64,000 bases of DNA from Camelus ferus (Eukaryota), in contig NC_045697.1 of assembly GCF_009834535.1 (NCBI RefSeq), positions 47,060,001 to 47,124,000 of the forward strand, read 5' to 3'. The notes below the pieces were generated by a model. It had not been told where the DNA came from. It did not search any database and saw nothing but the letters and a program-made list of their open reading frames with translations. This document shows positions 13,645 to 27,289 of the stretch, piece after piece (position 1 is the stretch's first letter; each line of letters begins with the position of its first letter). The position numbers were made by a program, and so were the translations under genes.

Positions 13645-14429
13645 GAAAGTATTTGAACTGAATCATAAAGAACAAGTAATCTGACAGACTGAGAAAATAG
13701 AGTGAGAGAGAGAGAGAGAAGTCTTGGAAGAGCAGAACATATCATCAAAGGGGTGCCTGCAACTCTGTCTTCAGATACCATCTTGGTATAGGGTCCCCAG
13801 TAACTTCAGGAAAATCACAGATGTTATCAGAGGTAGAAATATTCTTCAACCAGTTTTGCATCTTACATATGCTGCATCTGAAACTCAAGCCCAGACTGAT
13901 TTTCCCAAAATCATAGGCTTGTTACTGAAAAACTCAAGGGCAGAATTCAGGTCCACTTATTTTTAGTCCACTGTTTTTCCATTACAATGAGCTGCCTCCA
14001 TGAAGCAACAAGGAAAGTTTAAAAAAAAAAAAAAAAGAGTACTTCTACTGTAATAAATATCCTTTTATTCCAAATTCATCAGGTTCAAATAAATAATACT
14101 ACTTTCAAACAACATACAAAGATAATTGTCATGGTGTCTCTCTAGCTCTATAAAATCTGAAAAGGTCTTCTGATTCAGAAAACGTTTTATTGTTAAACAT
14201 GGCTCTTATAGTCTAATTTTTAAATTGACAATCCATGAATACTAGTAGAATAACTAGATTTACCAGAATATTATTATTAAGTAGAAGCTTAATGAATTGT
14301 TTATAAAATCAATAAATTACATGTTGAATGTACATAATTTGCAATGCACTGTACTAGGCACTTTAGAGCATACAGACATTGCAATTTGGCACCTACTACC
14401 TACCCTGCAGTTCATTTGTGCTACTCAGT

Positions 14430-14655
14430 GGTTTAACTCATAGGATATGACATCCGAAATATCTGGGTTTATATGCTGGCTCCACTTACTTGCTACGTGA
14501 TCTTGGCCAAATAATCAAAACTCTTTTAAGCTTTGATTTCCTCCTCTATAAAATGAAGTAATAATATTATCCAGTTTATGAGGGGCAGTGAGTATTAAAT
14601 GAAATGAATTCAAAGCAGTCATCATACTGCTTGATACACAGTTAAATGGTCATCA
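14430..14655 (+). mobile_element. MIR SINE
   Basis: tttcctcctctataaaatgaagtaataata...gagtattaaatga core; approximate. Confidence 0.6.
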
Positions 14656-14721
14656 GTCAGCACTGGCTGACATCATCATAATCACCATTTTTATCATCTT
14701 CATCTTGCCATGATAGTCTTG

Positions 14722-15320
14722 GTCCACGTCTTAGCTTAGGTATAGAAAACAGAGCCTGGACCAAGATTAAGTGCTGGTGCTTTCTTGGGGGTATAAAAAC
14801 CAGGGCAGCGAAAATGAAGGAAAAAGGAAAATGAGGCAAGAAAGGATGGAAAGCCACACAAAAAGACTTCCCTCTTGGCTACAGCTTCATAATGAACTGT
14901 AAGAAGACATACTAGATCCCTCAGCAGAAGCATACTTGTTTGGCCATATGCAGCTTCTTCAGATGAGTTATGTGGCTGTGTGGTTGAACTTGTCCAAGGG
15001 AAAGAGGAAGAAGGGGGCAGGGGTATTTACTTTCTCCCTCCTATCTTCAATTTCCCATTGATCAAAGTTTGCTTCATGGGAATTTGCACCTGTACTTCTG
15101 GACTGTGTCATCCAGCTCCTCAGGTGGCTACTTAAGGTGCCAGATGCCACACCCAGTACTGTGGGATTCCGTTCAAGTCTAAAGTGATAAGAGGAGTCAG
15201 AAATTCTGAGTTGTAGCCAGTAAATCTGACTGCACTGTGGCAACCACAGAGAGTGACAGGGGTTACTATCCAAGACAGCACAGATCTGTGTCAGATATGC
15301 TCTGGTTCTCACATACCAAC
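14722..15320. mobile_element. Ancient ERVL LTR, LTR33-like
   Basis: gtcttagcttagg...aaacagagcctgga... and ggggtatttact...cccattgatcaaagtttgc resemble the LTR33 consensus; approximate. Confidence 0.45.
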
Positions 15321-15349
15321 AGCCTGAAATTAGAGACTCCTAATAAAGG

Positions 15350-15680
15350 TGTATTGGTCGGGTTTTGCTGCAATAGTGCTGCATAACAAACAAACCACCA
15401 AATTCCAATAGTTTAAAACAAAAAAAGCTTATTTCTCCCTCACAGGTCTGCAGGCTGGCAGTGGATTGGCTGAGTTCAATTAGGTTCAGCTTGGCCCATG
15501 GTCAGGCTGGTTCCTTGAGGTTCTGATTCTGGGACACAGGCAAAAGGAGCTGTGGCTGCCCATGGCATGTTCCTCTCATAGCAGATCGCAGGCACTTAAG
15601 CAAGGCAGTAGGAAACTTGCCATGTCTCTTAAAGCTTTGGCTCAAAACAGGCACACTGTGACTTCTGTGAAAAACAGCAA
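15350..15680 (-). mobile_element. MaLR LTR fragment (old MLT1 subfamily)
   Basis: tgtattggtcggg...tgctgcataacaaacaaaccaccaaattcc...cttatttctc start typical of reverse MLT1. Confidence 0.65.
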
Positions 15681-18599
15681 CAACTCACAAAATCAAGCTT
15701 ATGATCCACATTGTTCTTCTAAAATCCCTAGCAGCACCCCTAATCAAACTGACCCCCATCATTGATATTTTCTATTTCTTGAGGATAATCTGTATTTATC
15801 AATACCTACAACAGCACGGGTATTTATTTTAACTAATTTGGTTTCCATAATCACATTCTGAATCCTTTGAGGTATCACTTCTTCTAAGTCATTTCTTTGT
15901 ACTGAGATTTGATTATTGCACACAACTTGAATTTTACTTCATTAGCAACACCATTTGTTCCTATTAACACCCCCAGAGACAAAGGACATCTAGAGAAATG
16001 TAGAACTCCAAGTACTATGCATTCGTGAACTGGAATGAAAAGTTCCTAAGCAATAGGGTTCTTGATACCAAGAATAGCCTAGCTGTTCCCTAGCCTTCTT
16101 CCAAGCCCCATGTGTTTGCTTAGTTAACACACTAAACTCTTTTTTTCTTTTTACCACTGCCAGCATTGCAGAGTCAAAATAGCTGTGGAGGAACAAGCTG
16201 TTCTGCCTCATGTCTCATCAACATTCCTTGCTCAGTGTATCAAAACACAGAGAGCATACAGAGCAAATGCAGCAACTCCAGAAAGTTCTCCATTGGGGAT
16301 TTGCTTCCTGTGAAACCATCCACAGCTGCCTACTCAGAACAGCAGAAGAAAGGTGGGTCTCCTAGTCAAATCCAAATGAGGTCACAGCAAGTATGGTTTT
16401 AAACTCTCATTTCGTCGGTTGAAAAACAAAAGTCTATTATGTAGGCTCACATGAACTAATATCAAGAGTAAAACCTGCAAATAAGTATTCTTTCCAAAGG
16501 ACCAATTTAAAATTATTAGGGGAAGTTATATCCTAAGTTCATTTAAAAAAAAAAAAAGCCATTGAACTAACATTCTAAGCCAAATCACCTATTCATCTAG
16601 GAAGGATTTTCATTTCTAATAGCAGCCATATTGCAAGATGTCCTGTGCCAAGTACATACGATGGATCCATTTAAAAAGCAAGCTAAGAGGAAAGATTGAT
16701 AAGATGATCACTGCCACTTTCATTCAGTTCAGGTAATCAACTTTGCCTTTAAGATCGAAAAAAAAAATCAACAGGAGAACGATTAATCTATTTGTCTGCA
16801 TTTGAACATTTATAAAATTAAATATTCAATTTGCAGTCTTTGTCTTATTCATGACCTTGCAATTCAATTAATATCTATCCCAACAAAATAGTTTCTATTT
16901 GTATAGTTAAAACATGAAATTCTCATTGAACATGAAAAGAGATCAGAGTTATAAGTAGGATAATATTTGAATTAATACTTAATAGTTAGTAATTATTACT
17001 ATTGTAACTTACAGATGAGTCACAATAAAAATAACCAAAGAGAACTTTTGCTAGACAGTAGTGATTTTTTAGAATATCAGCAAGAAGCTGTTGTCTTTCC
17101 AATAAAAGCCAAGATGATCTAAACTGCCAGTCTTCTTTACCTCTGCTTCTACCTTCCTGCCACATAAAGGGAAGAAATATCCCAGGTGTTCTTTCCAAAT
17201 GGCTACAATAGACAATTGTGCATAGACACGTGGCAATAGCCACATGCCCTACGTTCCAGCAATACATTAAGACCAGAAAGAGAAAGAGCTGCAAGAGGAA
17301 TGATACAGTACGAAAGACAATACACTAAGTCTCAAGTTTGAGCAATTGCAGATAGAGAAACTGATAATTCTCTGACTGCAGAGGTCATGCCTAAAACAAA
17401 AAAAAAGGCCAACCCAAAGTGGATTATGAGGGTTTACAAGAGAAAATGGTACTGAGCCAGGTGAGAAAAGAAGAGATTATGAACAAGACAGATCTAATCT
17501 TGTCCACATCCTCTCTTTGCTTTAAAGTGTTTCACTTATATTTTGGTAATAAAGTGTTTAGAGTCATCACTAGCCCTTCAGATTGAGTATAATAGCATAT
17601 ACCTTTTTTGAAATTTGCTGTTTTACTCATTATATGGAGAATTCCTCTACATATTATGGTAAAGAGCTATGTAGCTATAATAAAAAACACCTAGCAATAC
17701 AGTGACTTAAAAATAACATTTTGGGTCTTCCATCAAACAGCTCTGAGGAGAGCAATGCAGTTTGATGGGACAGTTCTGCTCCAGTCCATCATTTGAGGTT
17801 CCAGATTCCTTTCATCCTGCTATTCCACTATCCCCCAGGGCATCACTGTCACCTGCACGGTTGAAGCTGGATGACTAGGGATTCCAGCCGGAGGAGAAGG
17901 AAAGGCGTGAGAGAGGCACACCCACTGCCTTCAAGACTAGGGCTGGAGTTGACACATAACACTTCTCACCTCCTATTAGTGAGAACTTCACCACATCCAA
18001 ATGCAAAGGGATACGGAAAATGTGGTTGAGCCTCCTTTTTTTAAAGTCACTGTGTCGGTGGGTCCCTTTATTAGAGCAGCTTAACTTTTTACTCTAGGCA
18101 CATGGAAGGAGAGAACAAAAGTTGGACAACTAGCAATCTCCATATTTCCAAAGAATGGCATGAAAAAGGGCGAGTTTTATTAGTACCTTTCAGAATCTAT
18201 ATATAAAAATTATTTCTGTTCACAATCTGCTCCTAAATCACAGGAAAAAATTCAATGGAAGGAATCTCAGACATAATCTAGTTTAAACCTCTAACACATG
18301 AGAAAACTGAGGCCCAGAGGAATGAAGCTGCCTCTTAAGCAGCTAGTAAGAAAAGCAAGACTGGAATCCATGTTTATACATTCTCAGCCCAATGTTCTTC
18401 ACAGCCTGGCATGAATTAGCTAAGATATGCATTTGCCTAAGTCATCTGAACACCTCCAGTCAGTCAAGGAAGGTCAGGTTCCAAAGCAGACTTTTTCCCT
18501 CTCCTAAATTAGGTGGTTTGGCTATCGAGCCAATTCAGAAGCCCCAATAAGTGCTATGCTCTGTTTTATACTTTAACGTAAATAATTTATTTATATGAA

Positions 18600-18765
18600 G
18601 GAGGAATTGAGGAAGATTTGGGACTGGCCTGTGCATTTAGCAGCATCTTTGGCCTCTGCCCACCAGATGCCAATAGCAACCCTCCCGCTCTCCAGCTGTG
18701 ACAACCAAAAATGTCTCCAGACATTTCTAAATGACCCCTAGGGAGAAAATTACTCTAGTCATTGA
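18600..18765. mobile_element. hAT-Charlie DNA transposon, MER20-like
   Basis: tttagcagcatc...cagatgccaatagca...gtgacaaccaaaaatgtctccagacatt closely resembles MER20. Confidence 0.8.
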
Positions 18766-19374
18766 TTAAAGCTGTAAGGGGGAAAAAGAATTAAGACACA
18801 GACAGAAGATCTCAGAGAAAGCTGTATGAGTGAGCAAGAATTTGCCATCCCCTAGAAAAATATTCCCCAATAATGAGAACACATATCAATAATAAACTCT
18901 GAGCCACTCCCTGGGTCAAGTTCTGGAGAGGTGGCAACATGCCCAGATTGGCTTGTGGGGTCCAAGAACAGAAGGGTCTTGTAATCTACTGTCCCAGTAA
19001 AGTCCTGGGAGATGCTAGTATCTCAGAGGAGAAATAGTTGCAGAATATATCTACATGAACCATGGCATGGCATGGGAGAAAGAGAGTAATTCCTGGTCAC
19101 TCAAGAGTGGCCTGGAAATAGTAGAGAAAACAGCAGACCAGAAGGGGTCACATAGATGGGACCAAAGGTCATCTCTGCAGCAACCAGAAAGGAGCACTGA
19201 TGGGGGACCAGGCTAACTGGGATACAGCCCAGGGACACCTGTGTGGCATGATGTTAAGGATCTGATGGTCTCCACATCACATCTTGCTGGTACTTAAGGC
19301 AACTCCAGAGAAAGAGGAGGGATTGCCCAAATTTTATGAGGTTAATTTTCTGCTACTGCAACTAAAAAAGAGGC

Positions 19375-19791
19375 TGTATATTAGTTTCCCAGGGCTGTCA
19401 TCAATTTACCACAAACTAAATAGATGAAAACAACAGAAATTCATTTCTCACAGTTCTGGAGGCTGAAAGTCTGAAATTAAGAATGTCAGCAGGGCTGAAG
19501 TCTCTAGAGAGGAATCTTTCTTTGCCTCTTCCTGCTTCTGCTGGTTGCCAGCAATCCTTGTCCTTCTTTGACTTGTAGATGCATCTCTCCAGTCTCTGCC
19601 ATCACCTGCACATTTCTCCTCTGTTTGTGTTCACACATTTCCCTCTTCTTATTAGAGCCTACCCTAATCCAATATGACCTGATTATAGGTTGATTATATC
19701 AGCAAAGACTCGATTTTCAAATAAAGTCACCCTCCCAGACTCTGGGTGGACATGAATTTGGGGGGGACGGGAACTATTCAACCTAGTTACA
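19375..19791 (-). mobile_element. MaLR solo LTR (MLT1B/C-like)
   Basis: tgtatattagtttcccagggctg...tctcacagttctggaggctg...ctattcaacctagttaca with TG...CA termini. Confidence 0.8.
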
Positions 19792-22700
19792 GGTTAAAAT
19801 AGAAGTTAACGAATCTTTAGAAAAATAAAATTGTATCTTTTGCCTGCCTGAGTTTGTGGCTTACAGTTTGTACCAATCATAGACAATAAAGAAAAAAAAT
19901 ATAACTTCACCAGTAACGGTTAAAAATTGTATATTCTAGATCTTGACTAATTAACCATTTGTCTACTATGGTTCTGAGGAATATTTAGATTCTTCTTTCA
20001 ACATAAAAGACAGCTGTATTGTAACATATGTTAAATCATCCACTATAAAATCACTGACATGTATAACTGGTTCTTAAAAACTTTTTTGAAAAATTAACTA
20101 ACTTGAGTTAAAATTAAAAGAAGAGAGTATGAATAATTTTCACCTCACTTATTTGTAGAAAACATTCTGCCTCAATGTGCTTTTCTTCTCTTGCAAAACT
20201 GGTCAGGGATGTCATGGTGTCAGCACTAAGAGAGAGCATTTGTGTCTAATATGTGATTTGGGGCAAGGTAAAAAAAAAAAAGAGAGAGAGAGAGAGAGAA
20301 GAGATAAAGGCAGAAATGGTCTTATTGACAAAAACCACACCCTCATATAATCCACAGGTGAACTCCAAAATATGCCTACATTTATAGCAATTCATATTTC
20401 TTTCTGTTTTGACCCATATTATTGAAACAAACATGCAAAATAAGAACATCAGCAATGCACCAGACTGAATCTGAGGTGGGAACTTCTGATGGAAAGAGCA
20501 CAGGGCTTATTATAGCCCCCAGTCTGTCTTTTTGTCTATTTATTCACACAGGGGAAGAGGAACATGAAGAAGATAAAACTCGAGAAGACAGTAGCCATTC
20601 CCCCACCAACAGGCCTCCTACCTCTGTCCTGGCCAGCATGTGGCCACCACCTCAACCACCAAAGACATGTACACTTGCATGTACATAGGTGCAAATTATA
20701 CAGAGAAGATATGCGTGGTACACAAACAGGTTTCCAGTTCCTAGTAGGTACTAGGCCCTGTTTTACGCAGTGGGAAAAGTGAATATCAAGAATGCAGAGA
20801 GAGAAAGAAGGAAGGAAGGAGTCAGCCCCAGGAGAGGTGGTTTGGAGACTGAGTCAGGGGACACTGTCGCTTAGCAAGGACCCTCAGTCCCATCCCTGTT
20901 ACCTTAAAGGTTTGGAGGGGTGAAAAGACTAATGCTAGTGGGATCAACATTTTAGTTGAATAGGAGCCACACAAACCTTTTTAGGACTTTTCTTCCCCCC
21001 CTACTTCATCCCTGAGCACGTCACTGTCCTGTTCCAATCACATGATCTGCTCACTAAAGGGAGAAGAAATATAAAGAAATCTAAACAGAGGGGTTTGTGG
21101 AGCTTGTGTCATTTGCTAAACCCTAGATAGGATTCAGATAACATTTAAGACAAATGAATCCTGGGAAGTAGAGTTACATAAAATTTCTCAATCATATTCA
21201 CCATTTATTTTGTGGTAATCCATCAATCTGGTGGGGTGTTGAAGAATGTGGCAAGCTGAATTAGCTTTTAATACATCCAAACACAGCATCTAGATCAATT
21301 ACCAGAGTTTAGTTGTTTGATCACCCAGATGTGTCCTTAGTACCTGAAGTTTTTTGCTAAATGGTAACTTAAGGTAATGTCCAAGTCATAAGGAGAAACA
21401 CAATCACGTGATTTACTAATTTTTCTGTTTATCCAGCAAGCAAGCCAGTCAGCCAACAATACTAATTATCCACCTATTATAGGCCAGACATTGGGCTAAG
21501 CAGTTAGGGATATCAAGAAGAAAAGAAATGGTCCCTGTCCACAAGAAATTCATAATACTGTACGGTCAGTCTCAAATATTTTTTACTGTACACCACCATT
21601 GGGAAAAGAAGTTTGAGCACATATGTCCAACATGAAAAACTTACATTTCTTTATTTCTAAATTATAAACAAGTTAATACTGTACAAATAAAGAGTGTATG
21701 TATCATATACAATACTACTACTATATTCAGAAAGTGTATGTTTATATGTAGATAAATTATATCCGAAAACACACACACAAAAATTGAAGGTAAAAGGAAT
21801 GAAATGAAAAATAAATAGTTCTAAACAGAGTCAGAGAAGGAGTTCAAAGGGAAAAACCAGACCCTTAAATCAGTAACATCAGCCACAGTACTGAAGGACA
21901 GGACACTGCTCTTTCGCAAAGGTGGTCCTAACAGGAGCCCTGCAAAGCACGGCAGTGGCCTCAGTGTTGTTCCATCCACTGTTCACGCCACACTGCCCTG
22001 TTCCATCATTAAGATTACAGCACACAAGATTCCCAGGTGTGAGAGACTAGTGTCAGCTAGTCCTACATAAATGATTTAGAACACAAATTTGGGAGACAGA
22101 GACAAATAGTTTTGCTTTGGAAAAATCCAAAGCCACCTTAGTTTTAATTTTGTGTGGAAATGTAAAAGACACTTCAGGATACTAACTGAAGCTTAAGTAG
22201 GAAAAAAACCATATTATCCACAAGTTCTTTTTTGCAGTCATTAATAACATAACAATGAAAAGCCAAATTCTGCCACATTATTGGCAACCACCGTTAGATC
22301 ACTAAAAATAATGATCTTATCATTGACAGATGCTAAGACTCAGTGGTTTGAATCACACCATGTGTTACAAATTAAAAGGGCTAAAATCACAATAATGCTA
22401 ATCTGGAAACGAAGAGGAGAAAAACAATTGTTAGGAGCTGCAGGACCACCATTTAAAAGTAACCACACATATTAGCCACCCAAAACTGTGCATGGAATTA
22501 GATAATATATTAGCCCAGGTATGCATTGAGCAAGTCGTGGTCCACTCTGCATAAAGCTTTCAATGGGAAAAAGTATCCATAATATGTTTCTACTTCTATT
22601 AAAAAGATATATTTATACGTTTATACATGGGGGAAAAGTTTAAGAATATATGCTGAGCTATTTACTTATATATGGACGGGAGTTGGAAAGAGAAACTTTA

Positions 22701-24411
22701 ACCTTCTTAAACATCCATACCTCTAAGTTTGAATTTTATAAGGATAATTTACTATTCTTATAATCTGGAAAAAATGCGTAACTATTTTAAACAAACAAAC
22801 AAAAAAACCTACTGAAAGAAAGCATATTATAGTGTAATAGAAAACATACCGGACTAAAAATCAGTAGACTTGGGTTCAAAAAAATCAATGCTGCCACTCA
22901 CCAGCCATGAAATAGATGGTCATTAATATTGGTGCTGGTGCTGGTGGTGGTGGCTGTTATAGCAAGAAAATTCAATCAATTGACTCTAAAGGACCCCTTA
23001 AATTTGCCTAAGTCACCTCTGCTATAATTTTGCCTCTTTCACCTGTATTGTATTCCAGCACTGCCCCCTACTCACTATACGCTGCATTACAACCTGCTCA
23101 AAAAGATGCTTTTCCCCACCTGTGATAAAGCAATGCACATACCCAAAATAGCATACAATGGACTTTAATCTTTACAAGGCCTCCTGGCTTCCTCCCCGAG
23201 ACTACAGCTAGAGGATGGGCAAGCAAAGCTGCTTGGTGGAGGATGACATGTATGTATTGAATGGTCGTATCTGGAAAGTGAGAACTACGACCCTGACTGG
23301 GAGGCTCCCCAGCCAGTGACCCAGGAGAGCACCTTGTCTCCGTTCTGCTGCTGAATGACTCCTCCAGACCTGAGCAGCCCTGGTTCTAGTCTCACAATCA
23401 CCTCTACACAGTGCAGCACCCAGGGCCAGTCCTTTGACTCTCTGTCTGGAAGAACACTCCAGGAGTGTATGTCAGAGTGAGGCTGTCTCTCCATGCTGTA
23501 CTACATGAGTTTACGGAGAGTGATTCCTGGGTAGCTTCTTGAATTTTATCTCAGGAAACATTTAGCAAGTGCTGTATAACGTGCTAGATACTAAGTCAAT
23601 AGCTGGACATGAGTAAGATTTGGCCCCTCCCCTTAGTGTTCCACATAATAGCTAGTATCTCAAACTGGTGCATGGAAACAGAAGTAAGATACATATCATT
23701 CATAGGTTCATTTCTCCATGTTAAAAATGAAGAAGACCTGGGCCTTATCCTCTAAGAGTTTACTTATTAGTATTTGGTTTACAGTGATATATAGAAACAG
23801 AAGTGGGAGATAGGACTTTTTTAAAATTTATTAAGCATTTACTATGTCCTACTCACTAGGCTGGATACCAGGGATACAAAAAAAAAAAAAAATCACTACT
23901 TCCCAGAAGCTGATAGGAAATAAACAAATTATAGAGAGTGAGGCAGGAAGAGCCCTGCTCTATGACTGGTCAGCCTCTTCCTGGAGGATTTGAGGAGTTT
24001 GTCCCGGAGGAAGGGCATGGAATCAGACCTTAAGAGATCACTTCTTGCTAGGTAAAGAACAGAAGAGATGGAGGGTGGCCAGGAATACCACCAGACACAT
24101 GGAGGGAGAAAAGGACAAAGGTAAGCAGGGGGTCCTAACTGTGCCAGGCTTAATCCAGGATAAACATGTTGGAATTTAGGGGCCCCTGAAGCCAGCAGTG
24201 AGTACTTTATTAGAATGCATTGAACTCTGGGGGATTCTCAGATCATCTTTAGTGAATAAAGGCTCTGGGGATAAACTTTAATTGAGAATAAGGAATGTGG
24301 GAGAGCCCTGAAGATACTCCAAGTGAACAGGGATAGCAGCTGGCGGCTAGGACCGAGTCAGACTTGTCATCTGTGCTCAGGGATCTGCTGGTGCCTGAGA
24401 GTACTGCTTTT

Positions 24412-24597
24412 CAGTAGTTTCCAACCTTTAGTGAAGGAAAGAATCGATGCTGTTTCTTGTAAATTCTCCAGAGAATCTGGTTCTATAGTTCTGAAAAGGA
24501 GTGGGTCTAAGATTTTGCTTTTTTTTTTTTTTTCTTAACAAACATCCCCATGACTCAGATGCAGATGATCCACAGACCACACGCTAAGAAGCACTGC
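24412..24597. mobile_element. hAT DNA transposon, MER5-like
   Basis: cagtagtttccaac...ttaacaaacatcccc...gatccacagaccacac...gaagcactg MER5-type termini. Confidence 0.6.
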
Positions 24598-26017
24598 TGT
24601 ACCTAAGGGTCTGATGAAAGAGGGAAAAATTCCACAACTCTGAGATACAAAACCCTAAACGTTTCAAAAGTGTACCAGAAAATCAGATACTGTCACTGGA
24701 TATGACACACTGACGTGCCAGAACCGCACACAGAGCTGCAGGGGTAAAAACATCTTGCACATTTGCCCAGAAGCATCAAGAAAGTGATGTAAGCTTAGAA
24801 AAGTGTTTTTGTAAATATCCTGCGATAGTAATAAAGAAATTGCTATTTCTGGGCATGCTGCTAATTTGGCTTTACGCTTCCATCCTGTACCCACATGTTT
24901 CTGAAGGGCTGGACTCAGCACCAGCTATGGCCACATGAGGGAAGGAAAAGCTGAGCCCCAGGTGGAGGTGAGTGAGGCTGATGAACGGCGCCTCGGCACG
25001 GGAACCAGCTACATCTGACCAGTTGTCTCCAGAGCTCAGTCACACTACCCACTCTGAAAACAGAGAAGCAAGTCAGAAATGAGGCAGAGAGGGCAGTTCA
25101 AAATGAGACATAAGAGGAGGAGAGAAGCTTTTCATCCATCTTCTGAGCTGAAGTTTGCCTTTAAAAATAATGTTTTTCAGTTTTCCCAAGGAAGATAGGA
25201 CAATGAGTTTTCTTCTTCTGGGCTAAAGATAAGGTAAAACTGCAAAGCCATTTAAAAACCATGTGAACTTAATCACTTAAGGTTTCTTTTTTTTCTTAAA
25301 TTTTTTGAATCTAACTTTCTAACAGTTGGGCTGATTCATATTTAGAAATTTCAGTTCAAATACAGGAAATAAATTGATCTTTTTTTTAACCAACTTTAGA
25401 ATCACTGGATTCTCAGCCGTCTGGGTATGAGGCTCAAGTCAAGGGCGCAACGATTAACATTCTGCAGGAAAGGAGTGACACCTGCAGGAGGACTGTGTCA
25501 CTACATGGTAGAATCCACAGCAATACTCAAAAATCAAGCAATTCGTCAGTGCACACATTACACACTCAGTTCGTTGCCTGGCATACAACAGACTCTTAAC
25601 AAAAGATGATTGTCGCTTGTGTGATGGTGATGGTGGCTGTATACCCTTTTGCAATGCATTTCTTTTTTAACATTTTATTGTGGTATGATTTCTGTAAACT
25701 ACATATTTCAGATGTACAATCTGATGAATTTTGATAGATGTATACACCAATGAAACCACCAGCACCATCTAGATAACTAACATTTCCATCACTCCCCGAG
25801 AGGTATAAATTTCAAATTCCCAATTTGTCCCTTCCCACCCCTTTTACTCCCTGGTAACCATAAGTTTGTCCTCTATGTCTGTGAGTCTAGTCTATTTCTG
25901 GTTTATAGATAAGTTCATTTGTGTCCTTTTTTGGATGAAAAGGGTCAGAGGCTATTCAAATTATTCAGATCATTCTTCTGTTTTTGATAGAAATGCTTCC
26001 AGACAGGTAAGTCTGTC

Positions 26018-27289
26018 TTTTTTTTTTTTCTTTTTTTTGACCTAGTTATTTTTATTCTTTTATTGAAGCATCGTTGATTTACAATGTTGTGTTAGTTTCT
26101 GGTGCACAGCATACTGATTCAGTTATCTATATTCTTTTTCATTATAGGTTATTACAAGATACTGAATATAGTTCCCTGTGCTATACAGTAGGACCTTTTC
26201 GTTTATTTTACATACAGTAGGTTTGTATCTGCTAATCCCAAACTCCTAATTTATCCCTCCCCCTTCCCTTTCCCCTTTGGTAATAAGTTTGTTTTCTATG
26301 TCTGTGAGTCTTTCTGTTTTGTAAGAAAGTTCTTCATTTGTGTCATTTTTTTAGATTCCACACATAAGTGACATCATATGATATTTATCTTCCTCTGTCT
26401 ACTTACTTCACTTAGTATGACAGTCTCTAGACCTTCCCATGTTGCTGCAAATGGGTATTATTTCATTCTTTTTATGACTGAGTAGTATTCCATTGTATAA
26501 AAATACCACATCTTCTTTATCCAGTCATCTGTCAATGGGCATTTAGGTTGCTTCCATGTCTTGGCTGTTGTAAATAGTGCTGCTATGAACATTGAGGTGC
26601 ATGTATCTTTTAAAATTAGTGTTTCCTCTGGACATAACGCCCAGGAGTGGGATTGATGGGTCATATGTCTATTTTCAGTTTTTCAAGGAGTCTCTATGCT
26701 GTCTTCCATAATGGCTGCACCAAACTATATTCCCACCAGCAGTGTAGGAGGGTTCGCTTTTCTCCACACCCTCTCCAGCACTTATTGTTTGTGGACTCCT
26801 AATGATGGACTTTCTGACCTGTGTGAGGTGATACCTCATTGTAGTTTAGATTTGCATTTCTCTGATAATTAGCAATATTGATCATTTTTTCATGTCTCTA
26901 TTGGCCATTTGTATGTCTTCATTGGAGAATTGCTTGTTTAGGTCTTCTGCCCATTTTGGGTTTGGGTTGTTTGTTTTTTTGTTACTGAGTCGTATGAGCT
27001 GTTTGTATATTCTGGAAATTAAGCCCTAGTCAGTCACATCATTTGCAAATATTTTCTCCCATTCCATAGATGTCTTTTTGTTTTATTTATGATTCCCTTT
27101 GCTGTGCAAAAGCTTATAAGTTTAAATAGGTCCCATTTATTTATTTTTTGCTTTTATTCATATTGCCTGGATAGACTGCCCTAGGAGAACACTGCTATGA
27201 TTTTTATCAGAGAATGTTTTGCCTGTGTTCTCTTCTAGGAGGCTTGGTGGTATCTTGTCTTACATTTAAGTCTTTAAGCCATCTTGAGG
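26018..27289 (-). mobile_element. Relatively young 5'-truncated L1 (ORF2 C-terminus + 3'UTR)
   Basis: Poly-T followed by reverse L1 3'UTR; ORF 26458-26664 gives MFIAALFTTAKTWKQPKCP...WIKKMWY...MEYYS, the L1 ORF2p C-terminal motif. Confidence 0.92.

Noticed and set aside
26458..26664. 68-aa ORF
   Set aside because: L1 ORF2p C-terminal remnant
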